A stretch of 64,000 bases of DNA from Acidimicrobiia bacterium (GTDB lineage: Bacteria > Actinomycetota > Acidimicrobiia > Spongiisociales > ZC4RG35). A program made the translations under genes and the position numbers. The stretch is from positions 3,076,936 to 3,140,935 of the forward strand of contig CBDBCY010000004.1 in the NCBI GenBank assembly GCA_965203555.1, given 5' to 3'. Each line of letters begins with the position of its first letter. Within the stretch, counting starts at the first letter, position 1. The notes below the pieces were generated by a model, which made no database searches, had not been told where the DNA came from, and saw nothing but the letters and a program-made list of their open reading frames with translations. Shown in pieces: positions 30,968 to 44,904 of this stretch.

Positions 30968-31699
30968 TTAGTAGATGGAGACCAACTCCAAGGCATGCTC
31001 CGCCGTCTCGGTGGAGCATGCCAGGCCGGTCTCCGATGGCCCCAGCCGGTGAACGGCCAGCCGCGCCCAATCGGAGGCGCTTCCCTTGATGATGTGGGGA
31101 GAGTCCTCCTCCCCGTACACCCACTTGTAGTACTGTGGCCCGATCACCTCCACCCGGATGGGGTGGTACGGCTCTCCATGTTCTTCGAATTGAGATGCAA
31201 GCGTGGCCCATCCCAGTTTGCAGATGTGTCGGATGCGGGTAGTGTCCTCGTACTCGTCACCTACCGCCTCGTAAATGTCGAGACCGTAGGCCCAAGTCTC
31301 GGTAAGTCGGTGAGCAGCCACGGTTTGTGCCGACACCGAACCGTTGAACCAGGGAGTGAGCTGGGAGGCGGTCATCTCCGAGAGGGGCTCGATCAGCTTG
31401 GCGCGACCCTTGCGCCACCATTCGATCACGTCCTGGGGTCGGATCTCCCTGCCTCTTTGGATACCTTCCCAGACCAATTCGGTAAATGCGTCGCCTTCGG
31501 CATCCGGGGGAGGCTCCCCGCTCACAGTCAGGGCGGCCAGTTCCTCGAAGTGTGCCAGATGACTGACCGTGTCCCGGATGTCCCAGCCCCGCACCGCAGT
31601 GGGAATACTCCAGTCGTGCACGGGGATTTTCTGCAGATATTGATCGAGTGACTGCTGCTCGGCTACCAAATCGGAGAGGATGGTCCGCACCAGCACCAT
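30968..31699 (-). CDS. Mycothiol-dependent maleylpyruvate isomerase-family (DinB superfamily) metal-binding protein
   Basis: DLVAEQQSL...W..PT...GWDIRDTVSHLA, RLTETWAYGLDI, RIRHI. Confidence 0.85.
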   Translation of the reverse strand: MVLVRTILSDLVAEQQSLDQYLQKIPVHDWSIPTAVRGWDIRDTVSHLAHFEELAALTVSGEPPPDAEGDAFTELVWEGIQRGREIRPQDVIEWWRKGRAKLIEPLSEMTASQLTPWFNGSVSAQTVAAHRLTETWAYGLDIYEAVGDEYEDTTRIRHICKLGWATLASQFEEHGEPYHPIRVEVIGPQYYKWVYGEEDSPHIIKGSASDWARLAVHRLGPSETGLACSTETAEHALELVSIY

Positions 31700-31703
31700 T
31701 CTA

Positions 31704-32717
31704 TCAGATTTGTAACCGGCCTTCTCCAAATGGCGGTCCGCCGGGGCCCTGCCGTACCACCGCTCTCCACACCGTCTCGTAGTGATCCCGGTCATGGGCG
31801 TCCACCCTGGGTAGGACCAGTTCCTCCCATGCCCGACGCAGTGGATCGGGGTTTTGATGGAACATTCGCAAGCCCGTGGGCAGTCGATCCAGCGCTCCTC
31901 GCAGCGACATGGGGGTTCCCACCCTGGTGTCGGCGTCGGAAGCCTCGAAGGAGGCATTCACGTCCACAGTGAGACGGGCGATAGCTTCCACGAAGGGCTG
32001 TGCCATGGTCGGGTAACGCAGTTCGAGCATCGATCTCACCTGGGAAGCGGTGGGGAAACTCTTTTCCCAGATCACCCATCGATCGGCAAAGGCTTTGTTC
32101 AAACTCTGGGTACCGGCGTAGTCACGCAGGTCGGTGGGGTTCATCGTCCCGAAGATTCGCACGTCGTCCCGCAGCCGGATGGTCTCCCCGGTGGGCAGAT
32201 CCAAGGCCGCATAGCGGTCCAGGAGTCCGTGAAGCGCGAAGAGGGTTTCGGCCCCGGCCGCATTCAATTCGGACAGGTTGATGAGAGCAGGACCTCGAAG
32301 GGCGCGGGTTATGTCGCCGTCTTCCCAGCGGCTTTCCGTGCCCCCCTTGCCATCCCCGTGCAGACGAGTGGATCCGATCAGGGTGAGGTCCCTGACCTCA
32401 CCGGTCATGGGAATCCGGTAGTAGGGCAGTCTCAGGCGGGCTGCGAACTGCTCGATGTCGTGATCCTTTCCGGTACCCATGTGACCCCGCACTGCGATGT
32501 GCAGGGGAACGTAGCCCGGTGGCCGCAGCCGGTGCACCTGCTCGAGGGCGGCAAACCGGTACAGCATTCCCAGATCCACGTAGTAAGGGTCGGGATCGGG
32601 GATCTTCCCCAAACGCTGGCGGTGATCGGGCAAGTCGGTGGACAACTCGAAGGGGGCCAGAGTGATCTGCCGTTCCGGCGCTCCGGAAGGATGGGCGAAT
32701 GAGGCAGATCGGCTCAT
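31704..32717 (-). CDS. MoxR/CbbQ-type AAA+ ATPase with atypical Walker motifs
   Basis: GHMGTGKD, WEDGDITRA, LINLSELN, GTMNP..YAGT..LNKAFADRW, SLRG. Confidence 0.85.
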   Translation of the reverse strand: MSRSASFAHPSGAPERQITLAPFELSTDLPDHRQRLGKIPDPDPYYVDLGMLYRFAALEQVHRLRPPGYVPLHIAVRGHMGTGKDHDIEQFAARLRLPYYRIPMTGEVRDLTLIGSTRLHGDGKGGTESRWEDGDITRALRGPALINLSELNAAGAETLFALHGLLDRYAALDLPTGETIRLRDDVRIFGTMNPTDLRDYAGTQSLNKAFADRWVIWEKSFPTASQVRSMLELRYPTMAQPFVEAIARLTVDVNASFEASDADTRVGTPMSLRGALDRLPTGLRMFHQNPDPLRRAWEELVLPRVDAHDRDHYETVWRAVVRQGPGGPPFGEGRLQI

Positions 32718-34771
32718 GCCGCAGGCGCCTTCAGTCTGACCAGGCTCTTTCTCAGCAGGTCCTTGGTGCCCTCCACCATTGCCCGGGTCAGATCTTCGGG
32801 GTGATGGACGATTTGGTGGCGGGGATAGGCGGCCGCCACGGTATCGTCCCCGATCCCGATTCCCAACACGGTTGTGCCTCCCCTCTCTACCGTGGCGACC
32901 GCGTTGGCCAGGTTCCGGACCGAGCCTCGGGTCATTCCATCGGCCAGCACCATCAGCAGCCGGGTCTCCGCGCCCTGGGCGCCCAGCCGCTCGGCAGCGT
33001 GGACCACATTCAGTTCGTCCACGTTGGCGGCCTTGTCGAACATGGAGACCGGCGGGGCGGTCCGGGGGTCCCTGCCGGCCTGCCGCGCAGCCTCCTTGGG
33101 AGCGAATGCGGTCCATAGCATTCCCGCCAGGAGTCCCTCGGAGTCGGACCAGCGTTTGTCGAAAGGTTTGATGAGATAGTGGTTTACGGTAGTCGCGAGC
33201 CGATCGGCTGAAGTGCCGTGACTGGCCCGCAGCCCGGCGGTGGATTGGCTCAGTGACCGGGTGTAGGACCACTCCGTGTCCTGCTCCCGGGCGGCAAAGG
33301 AGCGGTTGAAGATGCCCACTTCGAAGTCGATCTGCAATTCGTGGCAAAGCCTCGCCACCGTCCAGGCGCCCAGCAGGGCGGCAGCCATTCCCCATCCGGT
33401 CCGCAGCCGGCTGCCGGTCCGGGATTGAAGCATGGAGGCCGACCCGTCCACCAGCAGGCTCACTGCGTAGCGGCGGCGGGTGGGAAAGTGCCGTCGTTCG
33501 TAGACCCGTTGATACAGGCCGGCGCCGATAAAGAGAGCCGCATACGGGGAGATGTCCCCTTGGTCGAATCCCGAACGCAAGCCTCGTCGCTGGTTGGCGG
33601 CAAACAGGTGGAACAACTCTCCCGACACGCGGCGGTGGGTAACGCCCCACTGCTTGGCTGCTTGGCGATAGGCCTGCAGTCCCGCATCGGCGAAACGGGA
33701 GAACGCGATCGGGGCCGTAGAGACCACAAGCCGTCCACTTTGGCCGTTGGGTAGATGGATGACCGGCGCCGAGCCGATGCGGAGCAACTGATCGGTGGTT
33801 GATCGGTCTGTCTCGCGCGCCAGTCGAGTCTCCTGCGCCGTGCCGCGGTGGGCGCCGATCACTTGCCGGTAAGAATCGGCGGCGGCAACCGCCGGGCTCG
33901 GCAGGCGAATCATGTCCAGGGTGTGGGCCACCTTGTCGGCGACCGCTTTCGATGCAGCCTGCTCCCGGGGGGTGCCGGGGGGAACCAATTTGTGGTTGAT
34001 GGCGATCCGAAGCAGGGTCACAGCGGCTTCTCCTACCTCCCAGGGATCTTCCAGTTGGGGGATCTGCGCCAGCAGTGTCGCAGCATGGCGCACAGCCGCT
34101 TGGACATCGCCTTCCAGGAATTCGGGAGGCTGGTCGGCGGGGTAGGCGCCGGCCGCGGCCAGGAATGCGGCGGTTGCGAACTGGGAGATGGGAGGTTCGG
34201 ACTGAAGGGACGGCGCTGCCGCCCGGTAGAGATCATCCAGAATGGACCGCGCTCCGGGATAATTGGCCAGACCCCGTTGTTCCTGCCGGGCGTCTTCCAA
34301 GGCGAAGAACAGCATTACCGCCAACTCTCCACCGATCTTCTCCACCGCCGCCAGCAGATCGACCGGATGATCGGGGTTTAGGCGAGGACGGGTGGATCCC
34401 CCGCCCAGCAGGAGGGGCCAGTGGGAGGGAATGGGTCTTTCGTCTTCAAATCGGCTGGACACGAGATGGACCACTTCGTGAAGCGCCGACGCCACCGCCA
34501 CTTCCTCCGGGGTGACAGGCGCCCGTCGCTGGTATGCGGCTTGGAACAGGCGGGGATCGCACACCACCTCTCCCTCGGTTACATGGGAAAAGGCGCCCAG
34601 CCGCAGGCTCAGGTCCGGATTTCCCGACAGAGAACGGGCAAAGCGGGTGATGGCGGGCGCCACCCGCTGGTAGCGGCTCACCACCTCTTCGATACCGGTC
34701 TCCTGCGGGGAGAGGAGGCGCTGCAGAACCGTCTTGGAACGAGAGGGCATAACCTCTTCATTATGCCTCAT
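32714..34771 (-). CDS. CobT/NorD-like VWA-domain protein with N-terminal HExxH
   Basis: LHEVVH...LEDARQE; MIDAS LLVDGSASM; VLADG; VLGIGIG. Confidence 0.85.
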   Translation of the reverse strand: MRHNEEVMPSRSKTVLQRLLSPQETGIEEVVSRYQRVAPAITRFARSLSGNPDLSLRLGAFSHVTEGEVVCDPRLFQAAYQRRAPVTPEEVAVASALHEVVHLVSSRFEDERPIPSHWPLLLGGGSTRPRLNPDHPVDLLAAVEKIGGELAVMLFFALEDARQEQRGLANYPGARSILDDLYRAAAPSLQSEPPISQFATAAFLAAAGAYPADQPPEFLEGDVQAAVRHAATLLAQIPQLEDPWEVGEAAVTLLRIAINHKLVPPGTPREQAASKAVADKVAHTLDMIRLPSPAVAAADSYRQVIGAHRGTAQETRLARETDRSTTDQLLRIGSAPVIHLPNGQSGRLVVSTAPIAFSRFADAGLQAYRQAAKQWGVTHRRVSGELFHLFAANQRRGLRSGFDQGDISPYAALFIGAGLYQRVYERRHFPTRRRYAVSLLVDGSASMLQSRTGSRLRTGWGMAAALLGAWTVARLCHELQIDFEVGIFNRSFAAREQDTEWSYTRSLSQSTAGLRASHGTSADRLATTVNHYLIKPFDKRWSDSEGLLAGMLWTAFAPKEAARQAGRDPRTAPPVSMFDKAANVDELNVVHAAERLGAQGAETRLLMVLADGMTRGSVRNLANAVATVERGGTTVLGIGIGDDTVAAAYPRHQIVHHPEDLTRAMVEGTKDLLRKSLVRLKAPAA

Positions 34772-34797
34772 CAGCTCCTCTACACTTTTCGGTTGGC

Positions 34798-36051
34798 ATG
34801 ACTCATTTTCAACTAACTACTTTGCCCAACGGTCTTCGGGTAATAACCGAACCTATGCCCGCCCTTCGTTCGGTGGCGGTCGGGTGCTGGGTGGACACTG
34901 GGGCCCGTGACGAATGGGCCAACGAAGCCGGCGCCTCTCACTTTCTTGAGCACCTGCTGTTCAAGGGAACCGAAGAGCTTTCGGCTCGCCAGATTTCGGA
35001 GACGTTCGACGGGATGGGAGCAGAGTCCAATGCTTTCACCTCCAAGGAGCAGACTTGCTATTGGGCGCGGCTGGTGGACGACGACCTTCCGGTGGGCATG
35101 CGACTCCTCTCCGAGATGTTGCAACGCCCGGCCTTCAGACAGAATGAGATCGACTCTGAGCGCCAGGTTGTGATCGAAGAGATCAACATGCACGAGGACG
35201 ATCCGCAGGACTCGGCTTTCGAGGCTTTCACACGGGCGTTTTTCGACGGACACGCCTTGGGCAAGCCGGTGCTGGGCAGCAGGGACTCGATCGGCGGAAT
35301 GACCCGTGACGACCTCCGTGGCTACTGGGGTCGCCGTTACGGTCCCGGCTCGTCGGTGGTGGCCCTGGCCGGAGCGGTCCAGCATTCTCAAGCGGTGGAA
35401 TTGGTCGGGGACCTGTTCGGTGAGTGGTCGGGAGACGGGGTGGGTCACCAATACCGTCCCCCCGCTCCGTCCGCCTCGGTGGGCCTGGTGGAAAGGCAGA
35501 CCGAACAGGCCCATCTGGTGCTGGGCGGGGAGGGCATGGGTCGTGATGACCCCAGGCGCTGGGCGTTCGGGATTCTCAACCTGGTGCTGGGGGTGGGGAT
35601 GTCGTCGCGGCTGTTCACCACCATCCGGGAGGAACGGGGGCTGGCTTACGCCGTTTTCAGTTTCAACCGGGCCTTTGCCGACACGGGCATGTGGGGTGTT
35701 TATGTGGGGACCACCCCCGGACAGACCGGCCAGGTGCTGGAACTCGTCGAGGACCAACTGTCCCGGCTGATGGAGGAGGGGATCACCGAGGCGGAGTTGG
35801 AGAAGGCCAGGGGAGCGGCCCGGGGGTCGCTGGCGCTGGCCATGGAGGATTCGCAGAGCCGGATGGTAAACCTGGGCCGTGAGGAGATCTGCGGACTGGA
35901 GCACTACTCGATGGACGAGCGGCTGGAGCGACTCCTCTCGGTGGAGCGCGACCAGGTGATCGAGGTGGCTCGCCAGATGTATTCGGGACCGAGAACCCTG
36001 GGTGCGGTCGGCCCTTTCCGGGAGTCGGACCTGGCCGGTTACGTGGCATGA
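34798..36051 (+). CDS. M16 family zinc peptidase
   Basis: HFLEHLLFKGT, NAFTSKE, SSRLF..IREERGLAY. Confidence 0.95.
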   Translation: MTHFQLTTLPNGLRVITEPMPALRSVAVGCWVDTGARDEWANEAGASHFLEHLLFKGTEELSARQISETFDGMGAESNAFTSKEQTCYWARLVDDDLPVGMRLLSEMLQRPAFRQNEIDSERQVVIEEINMHEDDPQDSAFEAFTRAFFDGHALGKPVLGSRDSIGGMTRDDLRGYWGRRYGPGSSVVALAGAVQHSQAVELVGDLFGEWSGDGVGHQYRPPAPSASVGLVERQTEQAHLVLGGEGMGRDDPRRWAFGILNLVLGVGMSSRLFTTIREERGLAYAVFSFNRAFADTGMWGVYVGTTPGQTGQVLELVEDQLSRLMEEGITEAELEKARGAARGSLALAMEDSQSRMVNLGREEICGLEHYSMDERLERLLSVERDQVIEVARQMYSGPRTLGAVGPFRESDLAGYVA

Positions 36052-36809
36052 CCATCCGCGTGGGGGTGGCCGGAGCATTGGGTCGGATGGGCTCGCTGAT
36101 CGCCGAGACGGTGGCGGCTGCCTCCGACCTGGAGTTGGTGGCGGGCTTCGACTTACAGCAGGGAGAGGTGGCCGGAGTTCCGGTGCAGGCCGATGTCGGC
36201 TGCCTGGTTTCGGCGGAGGTGGTGGTGGACTTCACCCATCCGCAGGTAGTGATGGACAATCTGGTCCGATATCGGCAGATGGGATGTCATACGGTGGTGG
36301 GGACGTCGGGGTTCACCTCCGATCGGATGGAGGCAGTTCGGCGGATGTGGCCGCCCGGTAGCCGTTCCAAATGCCTGATCGTTCCCAATTTCTCGATCGG
36401 CGCGGTGCTGATGATGCGCTTCGCCCGAGAGGCGGCAAGGTTTTTCCAGGCATCCGAAGTGATCGAACTGCACCACGATCAAAAAGCCGACGCTCCCTCG
36501 GGAACGGCAGTCTCCACGGCAGCCTCCATGGCCGAGACCGGACGTCAGGTTCGCCAGGTGGAATCGGAGGAACTCGCGGGTGGCGCCCTCGGGGCCAGAG
36601 TCGAGGGAGTGCCGGTCCACTCCGTGCGGTTGCCGGGCCTGGTTGCGCACCAGGAGGTGCTGTTGGGCAACCCGGGGGAGATTCTCACCATCCGCCACGA
36701 TTCCACCGACCGGGTCTCTTTCCTCCCGGGGGTGATGCTGGCGGTGCGGGGAGTGGCGGGACTGGAGTCCGAGGTGTCGGTGGGGCTGGGAATACTGCTG
36801 GGTGAGTAG
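36048..36809 (+). CDS. dapB: 4-hydroxy-tetrahydrodipicolinate reductase
   Basis: GALGRMG, VDFT, GTSG, IELHHDQKADAPSGTA. Confidence 0.97.
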   Translation: MTIRVGVAGALGRMGSLIAETVAAASDLELVAGFDLQQGEVAGVPVQADVGCLVSAEVVVDFTHPQVVMDNLVRYRQMGCHTVVGTSGFTSDRMEAVRRMWPPGSRSKCLIVPNFSIGAVLMMRFAREAARFFQASEVIELHHDQKADAPSGTAVSTAASMAETGRQVRQVESEELAGGALGARVEGVPVHSVRLPGLVAHQEVLLGNPGEILTIRHDSTDRVSFLPGVMLAVRGVAGLESEVSVGLGILLGE

Positions 36810-36839
36810 GTCTCCAATTCGGTGGCTATCCTCCCCATT

Positions 36840-37730
36840 GTGAATTCTGACAGTCCGCCGTTCGGCCGGGTGCTTACCGCAATGGTGACCCCGTTCGACG
36901 CCGACGGATCGTTGGATGTGAGCCAAGCCCGTCGACTGGCGCGTCACCTGGTGGAAAACGGCTCGGACGGGCTGGTCATTACCGGTACCACCGGCGAATC
37001 GCCCACCCTCACCACCGACGAGAAGGTGAGCCTGTACGAAGCGGTGTCGGAAGCGGTGGGGGAGAGGGCAATGGTTGTGGCCGGCGCCGGCACCTATGAC
37101 ACTGCCGGTTCGGTGAAGCTCAGCCGTCTGGCCGCCCGGGCCGGTTGCGGTGGGGTGATGGCGGTGACCCCTTACTACAACAAGCCCACCCAAGATGGGC
37201 TGGTGGCACACTTCGAGGCGATTGCCGACGCCACGGAACTTCCATTGCTGGTCTACAACATTCCTTCCCGCACCTCCCGACTGATTGAGATAGAGACCCT
37301 GGTTCGCCTCGCCGGGCACCCCAACATCGTCGCCACCAAGGATGCGGTGATGGATCTTGATTTCACTTCGCTGACGGTGGGGGCGGCGCCTGACCTCACC
37401 GTTTACTCAGGGCAGGACTCATACACCCTGCCGATGATGTCGGTGGGCGCGGTGGGGGTGGTTTCGGTGATCTCCCATCTGGCCGGCCCGACCGTGGCGG
37501 AGATGGTGGCGGCTGCGGCGGACGGAGACTACGTAAGGGCCGCCTCGCTGCATCACGCTTTGATGCCCTTGGGCGTTGCGTGTTTCATGGAAACCAATCC
37601 CGGCCCGGTGAAGGCGGCGCTGGCTGAGAAATGGGAACCGGTGGGAGGGCCCAGGCTGCCCCTGGTGGCCCCTTCCCAAAAGACCCTGCAGGCTGTCAGG
37701 GAGGCTTTGGCGGGTCTGAGCGGAGGGTGA
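36840..37730 (+). CDS. dapA: 4-hydroxy-tetrahydrodipicolinate synthase (start may be 36822)
   Basis: TAMVTPF, GTTGESPTL, VTPYYNKP, YNIPSRT, KDA. Confidence 0.97.
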   Translation: MNSDSPPFGRVLTAMVTPFDADGSLDVSQARRLARHLVENGSDGLVITGTTGESPTLTTDEKVSLYEAVSEAVGERAMVVAGAGTYDTAGSVKLSRLAARAGCGGVMAVTPYYNKPTQDGLVAHFEAIADATELPLLVYNIPSRTSRLIEIETLVRLAGHPNIVATKDAVMDLDFTSLTVGAAPDLTVYSGQDSYTLPMMSVGAVGVVSVISHLAGPTVAEMVAAAADGDYVRAASLHHALMPLGVACFMETNPGPVKAALAEKWEPVGGPRLPLVAPSQKTLQAVREALAGLSGG

Positions 37731-39364
37731 GCACACAGATCACCTTCCTGGGGGGACTGGGGGAAGTGGGTCGCAACTGCGCAGCCTTGGAGGTGAAGGG
37801 GAAGATCTGCCTGATCGACTGCGGTCTGATGTTTCCCGAGGCGGATATGCTGGGCGTGGATCTGGTCTTTCCTGATTGGTCGTGGGTGGTGGAAAGAGCG
37901 GCCGATGTCGAGTGCGTGGTGCTGACCCACGGCCACGAGGACCATGTGGGAGCGTTGGGTTACTTTTTGGAACAGGTCAACGTACCGGTCTACGGAACCG
38001 AACTCTCCCTGCGGATAGCCGGTGAGCGAATCAAGGAACTGGGAGTGGTGGCGGATCTTCGTCCGGTACCCACCGGCGAAGAGATTGCGCATGGACCCTT
38101 CCATTTCACTCTGATCCCCGTCTGTCACTCCATTCCCGATGCGGCGGCGGTGGCCTTCGACACTCCCGAAGGAGTCATCCTGCATTCGGGAGATTTCAAG
38201 CTGGATCCCACCCCGATCGATGAACGGGCCACCGACTTGGGGGCGCTGGCGGAACTCGGCGACCGGGGAGTCAGGCTCTACCTGGGCGACAGCACCAATG
38301 CCGAGCGGGACGGGTTCGTTCCTTCCGAAGGGTCTTTGTCGGGGCCCATCGCTGACATCGTTCGCTCCGCAGAGGGACGGGTGATCGCCGCCTGTTTCTC
38401 TTCGCACATCCACCGGGTGCAGCAGATCGTGAACGCCGGCGTGCAGTCAGGACGCAAGATCGCCCTGGCCGGTCGTTCAATGCTGCGAAACAGCCGGATC
38501 GCATCCGAGTTGGGAGTGTTGGAACTGCCCGAGGAAAATGTTGTGACAGTCGCCGAACTGCTGAGACTGCCCGCCGCCCGGCAAATGCTGATCGCCACCG
38601 GAAGCCAGGGCGAGCCGTTCTCGGCGCTGTCGCGGATGTCGAACGGCACCCACCGCCAGTTTGTCCTGGAAGAGGGGGACATGGTGCTGATCTCCGCCAC
38701 CCCGGTCCCGGGAAACGAGAAGGCGGTCTCCAAACTGGTGTCAGGCATGCTCCGGCTGGGCGCCAGGGTGTATCACGGCCTCAATTCGCCGGTTCATGTT
38801 TCGGGGCATGCCGCCCGCGACGAGTTGGCCGTCATGTTGGGCCTGGTGCGGCCGGAGGCTTTCGTGCCGGTCCACGGCGAATACCGTCACCTGCACGCTC
38901 ATGCCCGTTTGGCCCGGCAGGTGGGTGTGAAGCGGATCGAAGTTCTGGAGGATGGCGACCGGGTGGTGATGGAGGAAGACGAGTTGTGGGTGGAGCGAGG
39001 GGTGGTGGATGCCGACTATGTCTTCTTGGACGGGTCTTCTGTGGGAGAGGTGCAGTCCAGGGTGCTGCGGGATCGAAGCCGTCTGTCGGAGGCCGGAGTG
39101 GTGACCGTGACGCTGGTGGTGGACGTCGAGACCGGTGAGTTGCTTGGCGATCCCCTGCTGGAAAGCCGGGGCCTGGTGGACGATCCGGTGGCGGTGCTGG
39201 ATGTGGCCACCGACGAACTGGTGGAGTTGGTTTCGGCGCGGGTGGCCGACGATCTGATTGATCCGAGTCATTTGCGGGCAGTGGCCAGAAGAAACGTGGC
39301 GCGGGTGGTGAGGAAGCAGACCCGTCAACGACCCGTGGTTCTGGTGGAGATCGTGGAGGTCTAG
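37727..39364 (+). CDS. rnj: Ribonuclease J
   Basis: LGGLGEVGRN, THGHEDHVG, HSIPD, TGSQGEP, HVSGHA, PVHGEYRH. Confidence 0.97.
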   Translation: MSTQITFLGGLGEVGRNCAALEVKGKICLIDCGLMFPEADMLGVDLVFPDWSWVVERAADVECVVLTHGHEDHVGALGYFLEQVNVPVYGTELSLRIAGERIKELGVVADLRPVPTGEEIAHGPFHFTLIPVCHSIPDAAAVAFDTPEGVILHSGDFKLDPTPIDERATDLGALAELGDRGVRLYLGDSTNAERDGFVPSEGSLSGPIADIVRSAEGRVIAACFSSHIHRVQQIVNAGVQSGRKIALAGRSMLRNSRIASELGVLELPEENVVTVAELLRLPAARQMLIATGSQGEPFSALSRMSNGTHRQFVLEEGDMVLISATPVPGNEKAVSKLVSGMLRLGARVYHGLNSPVHVSGHAARDELAVMLGLVRPEAFVPVHGEYRHLHAHARLARQVGVKRIEVLEDGDRVVMEEDELWVERGVVDADYVFLDGSSVGEVQSRVLRDRSRLSEAGVVTVTLVVDVETGELLGDPLLESRGLVDDPVAVLDVATDELVELVSARVADDLIDPSHLRAVARRNVARVVRKQTRQRPVVLVEIVEV

Positions 39365-39765
39365 TGGTGTATCTGTCACATAATCGGGTGGGTTCCTTCT
39401 TGACGTAGACCCCTTGCCCGGAGTGGATTCCCGCCTGTATCAAACCACCCCGGCCCTTTGGCAGACAGCACTTGTACCTTGGCCGGGGTTCGCCAACTAT
39501 TGGGTTGCCAGTCGTTTTCACTCGGGCGCCGGCGGATGGGGTTTTCGTCGAGCGCAATGGTGTAGTGGCCGTTCAACTGTTGTTGCGTAGAGAGCAAACC
39601 GTGGATGTGATCAGGGGAATACGGAGGCCAAGGATGTCGCCTTGACTCTTGCAGGCAGGACACTGGCTATTCGCCACAATCGCTGTGGCGAAGGGTGTAC
39701 CACTCCCGCCCGTCTGCATGCGCCCTCCTCCATTTTTGTCACAGGGGCCGCTCATCTTGGAATAG

Positions 39766-40320
39766 ATGGTTTGGTGTCTTCTGTGTGGGATTCGCAGCGC
39801 CTCCCCGGTGTGCGGCTCGTGCGCGTCGACTATGGTCTCCGCCGGTGCCCGCAGGCTCGACTCGGGAATCACGGTCACCTCTGCTCTGGTGCACCGGGGC
39901 GCGGCCCGGCGGCTGGTGTGGCGAGTCAAATACCAGGGATGCCGGGAATCTGCCGAAGTGCTGGCGGCCTGGATGGCCCCTCTGCTACCTGCCGACTCCC
40001 GGGCGCTGGCGCCCATTCCTCGCATCTACCTGCGCCGGATCAAATACCGGTCGGACCCCGCCCTGCTGCTGGCCGCCGCCCTATCCCGCCGGTGCGGGCT
40101 GCCGGTGATGCGGATTCTCGGCCCGCGGCTGTGGGGCGGCGCCAATGCCGGGCGGCGCCGTTCGGCCCGTACCGTTGCATTCCGGCGCAGATGGAGTCCG
40201 CCGCAAGGACTGGTCCTGGTGGACGACGTCATCACCACCGGCACCACCTTGGAGACCGCCGCTTCGACGCTGGGCAGTTCCCGGATCCAGGCTGCGGTCA
40301 CTGCAACTGCTTCCATCTAA
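39766..40320 (+). CDS. ComF-family phosphoribosyltransferase-like protein
   Basis: N-terminal CxxC..CxxC, LVDDVITTGTTL; conserved position upstream of hpf-secA. Confidence 0.85.
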   Translation: MVWCLLCGIRSASPVCGSCASTMVSAGARRLDSGITVTSALVHRGAARRLVWRVKYQGCRESAEVLAAWMAPLLPADSRALAPIPRIYLRRIKYRSDPALLLAAALSRRCGLPVMRILGPRLWGGANAGRRRSARTVAFRRRWSPPQGLVLVDDVITTGTTLETAASTLGSSRIQAAVTATASI

Positions 40321-40402
40321 GGTTTAGAGCAGGCTACGCTTTAGGCCACCAAGCAAGCGGACGGGTTCTGTGTTGCAGGGGAACCCAGAAAGGGATCTTG
40401 AA

Positions 40403-40933
40403 GTGGAGGTAAGGATCAGCGCCCGCAATGCCGAGATCACCGACGGATTGCGCCGCACCGTGGTAGCCAAGTTGAACCGGGCGGCTCGGGTGTTCTCCGA
40501 CTTGAGTGGGGTGGATGTGGAGATCACCGGTGAGACGAATCCCCGGTTGGCCGACGAGCGTTTTCGCATAGAGGTGACCGGTCAGGCGCTGGGCAGGATC
40601 ATCCGGGTGGAAGCGGCGGCGCCCACCCCCGAAACCGCGCTCGACACTGTCACCGACCGGTTCACCCGTCGCCTGCGGCGACTCAAGCAAAGGCTGATCG
40701 ACCGCAATCGTCAGGCTGGACCTGTTTTCCCGGTGGCGTCGGATTCGGAAGCCGACGAGATCGTGAGAGTCAAGAGATTCATCATCAAACCTATGAGCAT
40801 CACCGAGGCCCAGTTGCAGATGGAGATGCTGGGCCACGATTTCTTCTTTTTTCTCAATGGCGCCAACAACCGGCACAGCGTGCTCTACCGTCGACGCGAC
40901 GGGCGACTGGGGCTGATCGAGTCTCACAGTTGA
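40403..40933 (+). CDS. hpf: Ribosome hibernation promoting factor (long HPF)
   Basis: IVRVKRF..KPMSITEAQLQMEMLGHDFFFF...VLYRRRDGRLGLIE. Confidence 0.93.
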   Translation: MEVRISARNAEITDGLRRTVVAKLNRAARVFSDLSGVDVEITGETNPRLADERFRIEVTGQALGRIIRVEAAAPTPETALDTVTDRFTRRLRRLKQRLIDRNRQAGPVFPVASDSEADEIVRVKRFIIKPMSITEAQLQMEMLGHDFFFFLNGANNRHSVLYRRRDGRLGLIESHS

Positions 40934-40992
40934 TTGTCGGGCCACGGGTTCTGGTTGCATAACCGCGGCGTTCAGATAGGATTGATAGGCGG

Positions 40993-43599
<2,607 letters not shown>

Positions 43600-43673
43600 A
43601 AAGGGGATCGGACAGTTCCTGTCGCGGTTAATCTTGGTGATCTGTCCCCAACCTCCCATCTGGAACCTGATCC

Positions 43674-44856
<1,183 letters not shown>

Positions 44857-44904
44857 CATGATTTTTTGGCTGGTTTACCTGCCTTTCACTGATCCGTCGG
44901 AGAG

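Noticed and set aside
31704-33650. 648-aa version of the AAA ORF
   Set aside because: The N-terminal 310 aa overlap the VWA gene out of frame; the ATG at 32717 overlapping the VWA stop is the plausible start.
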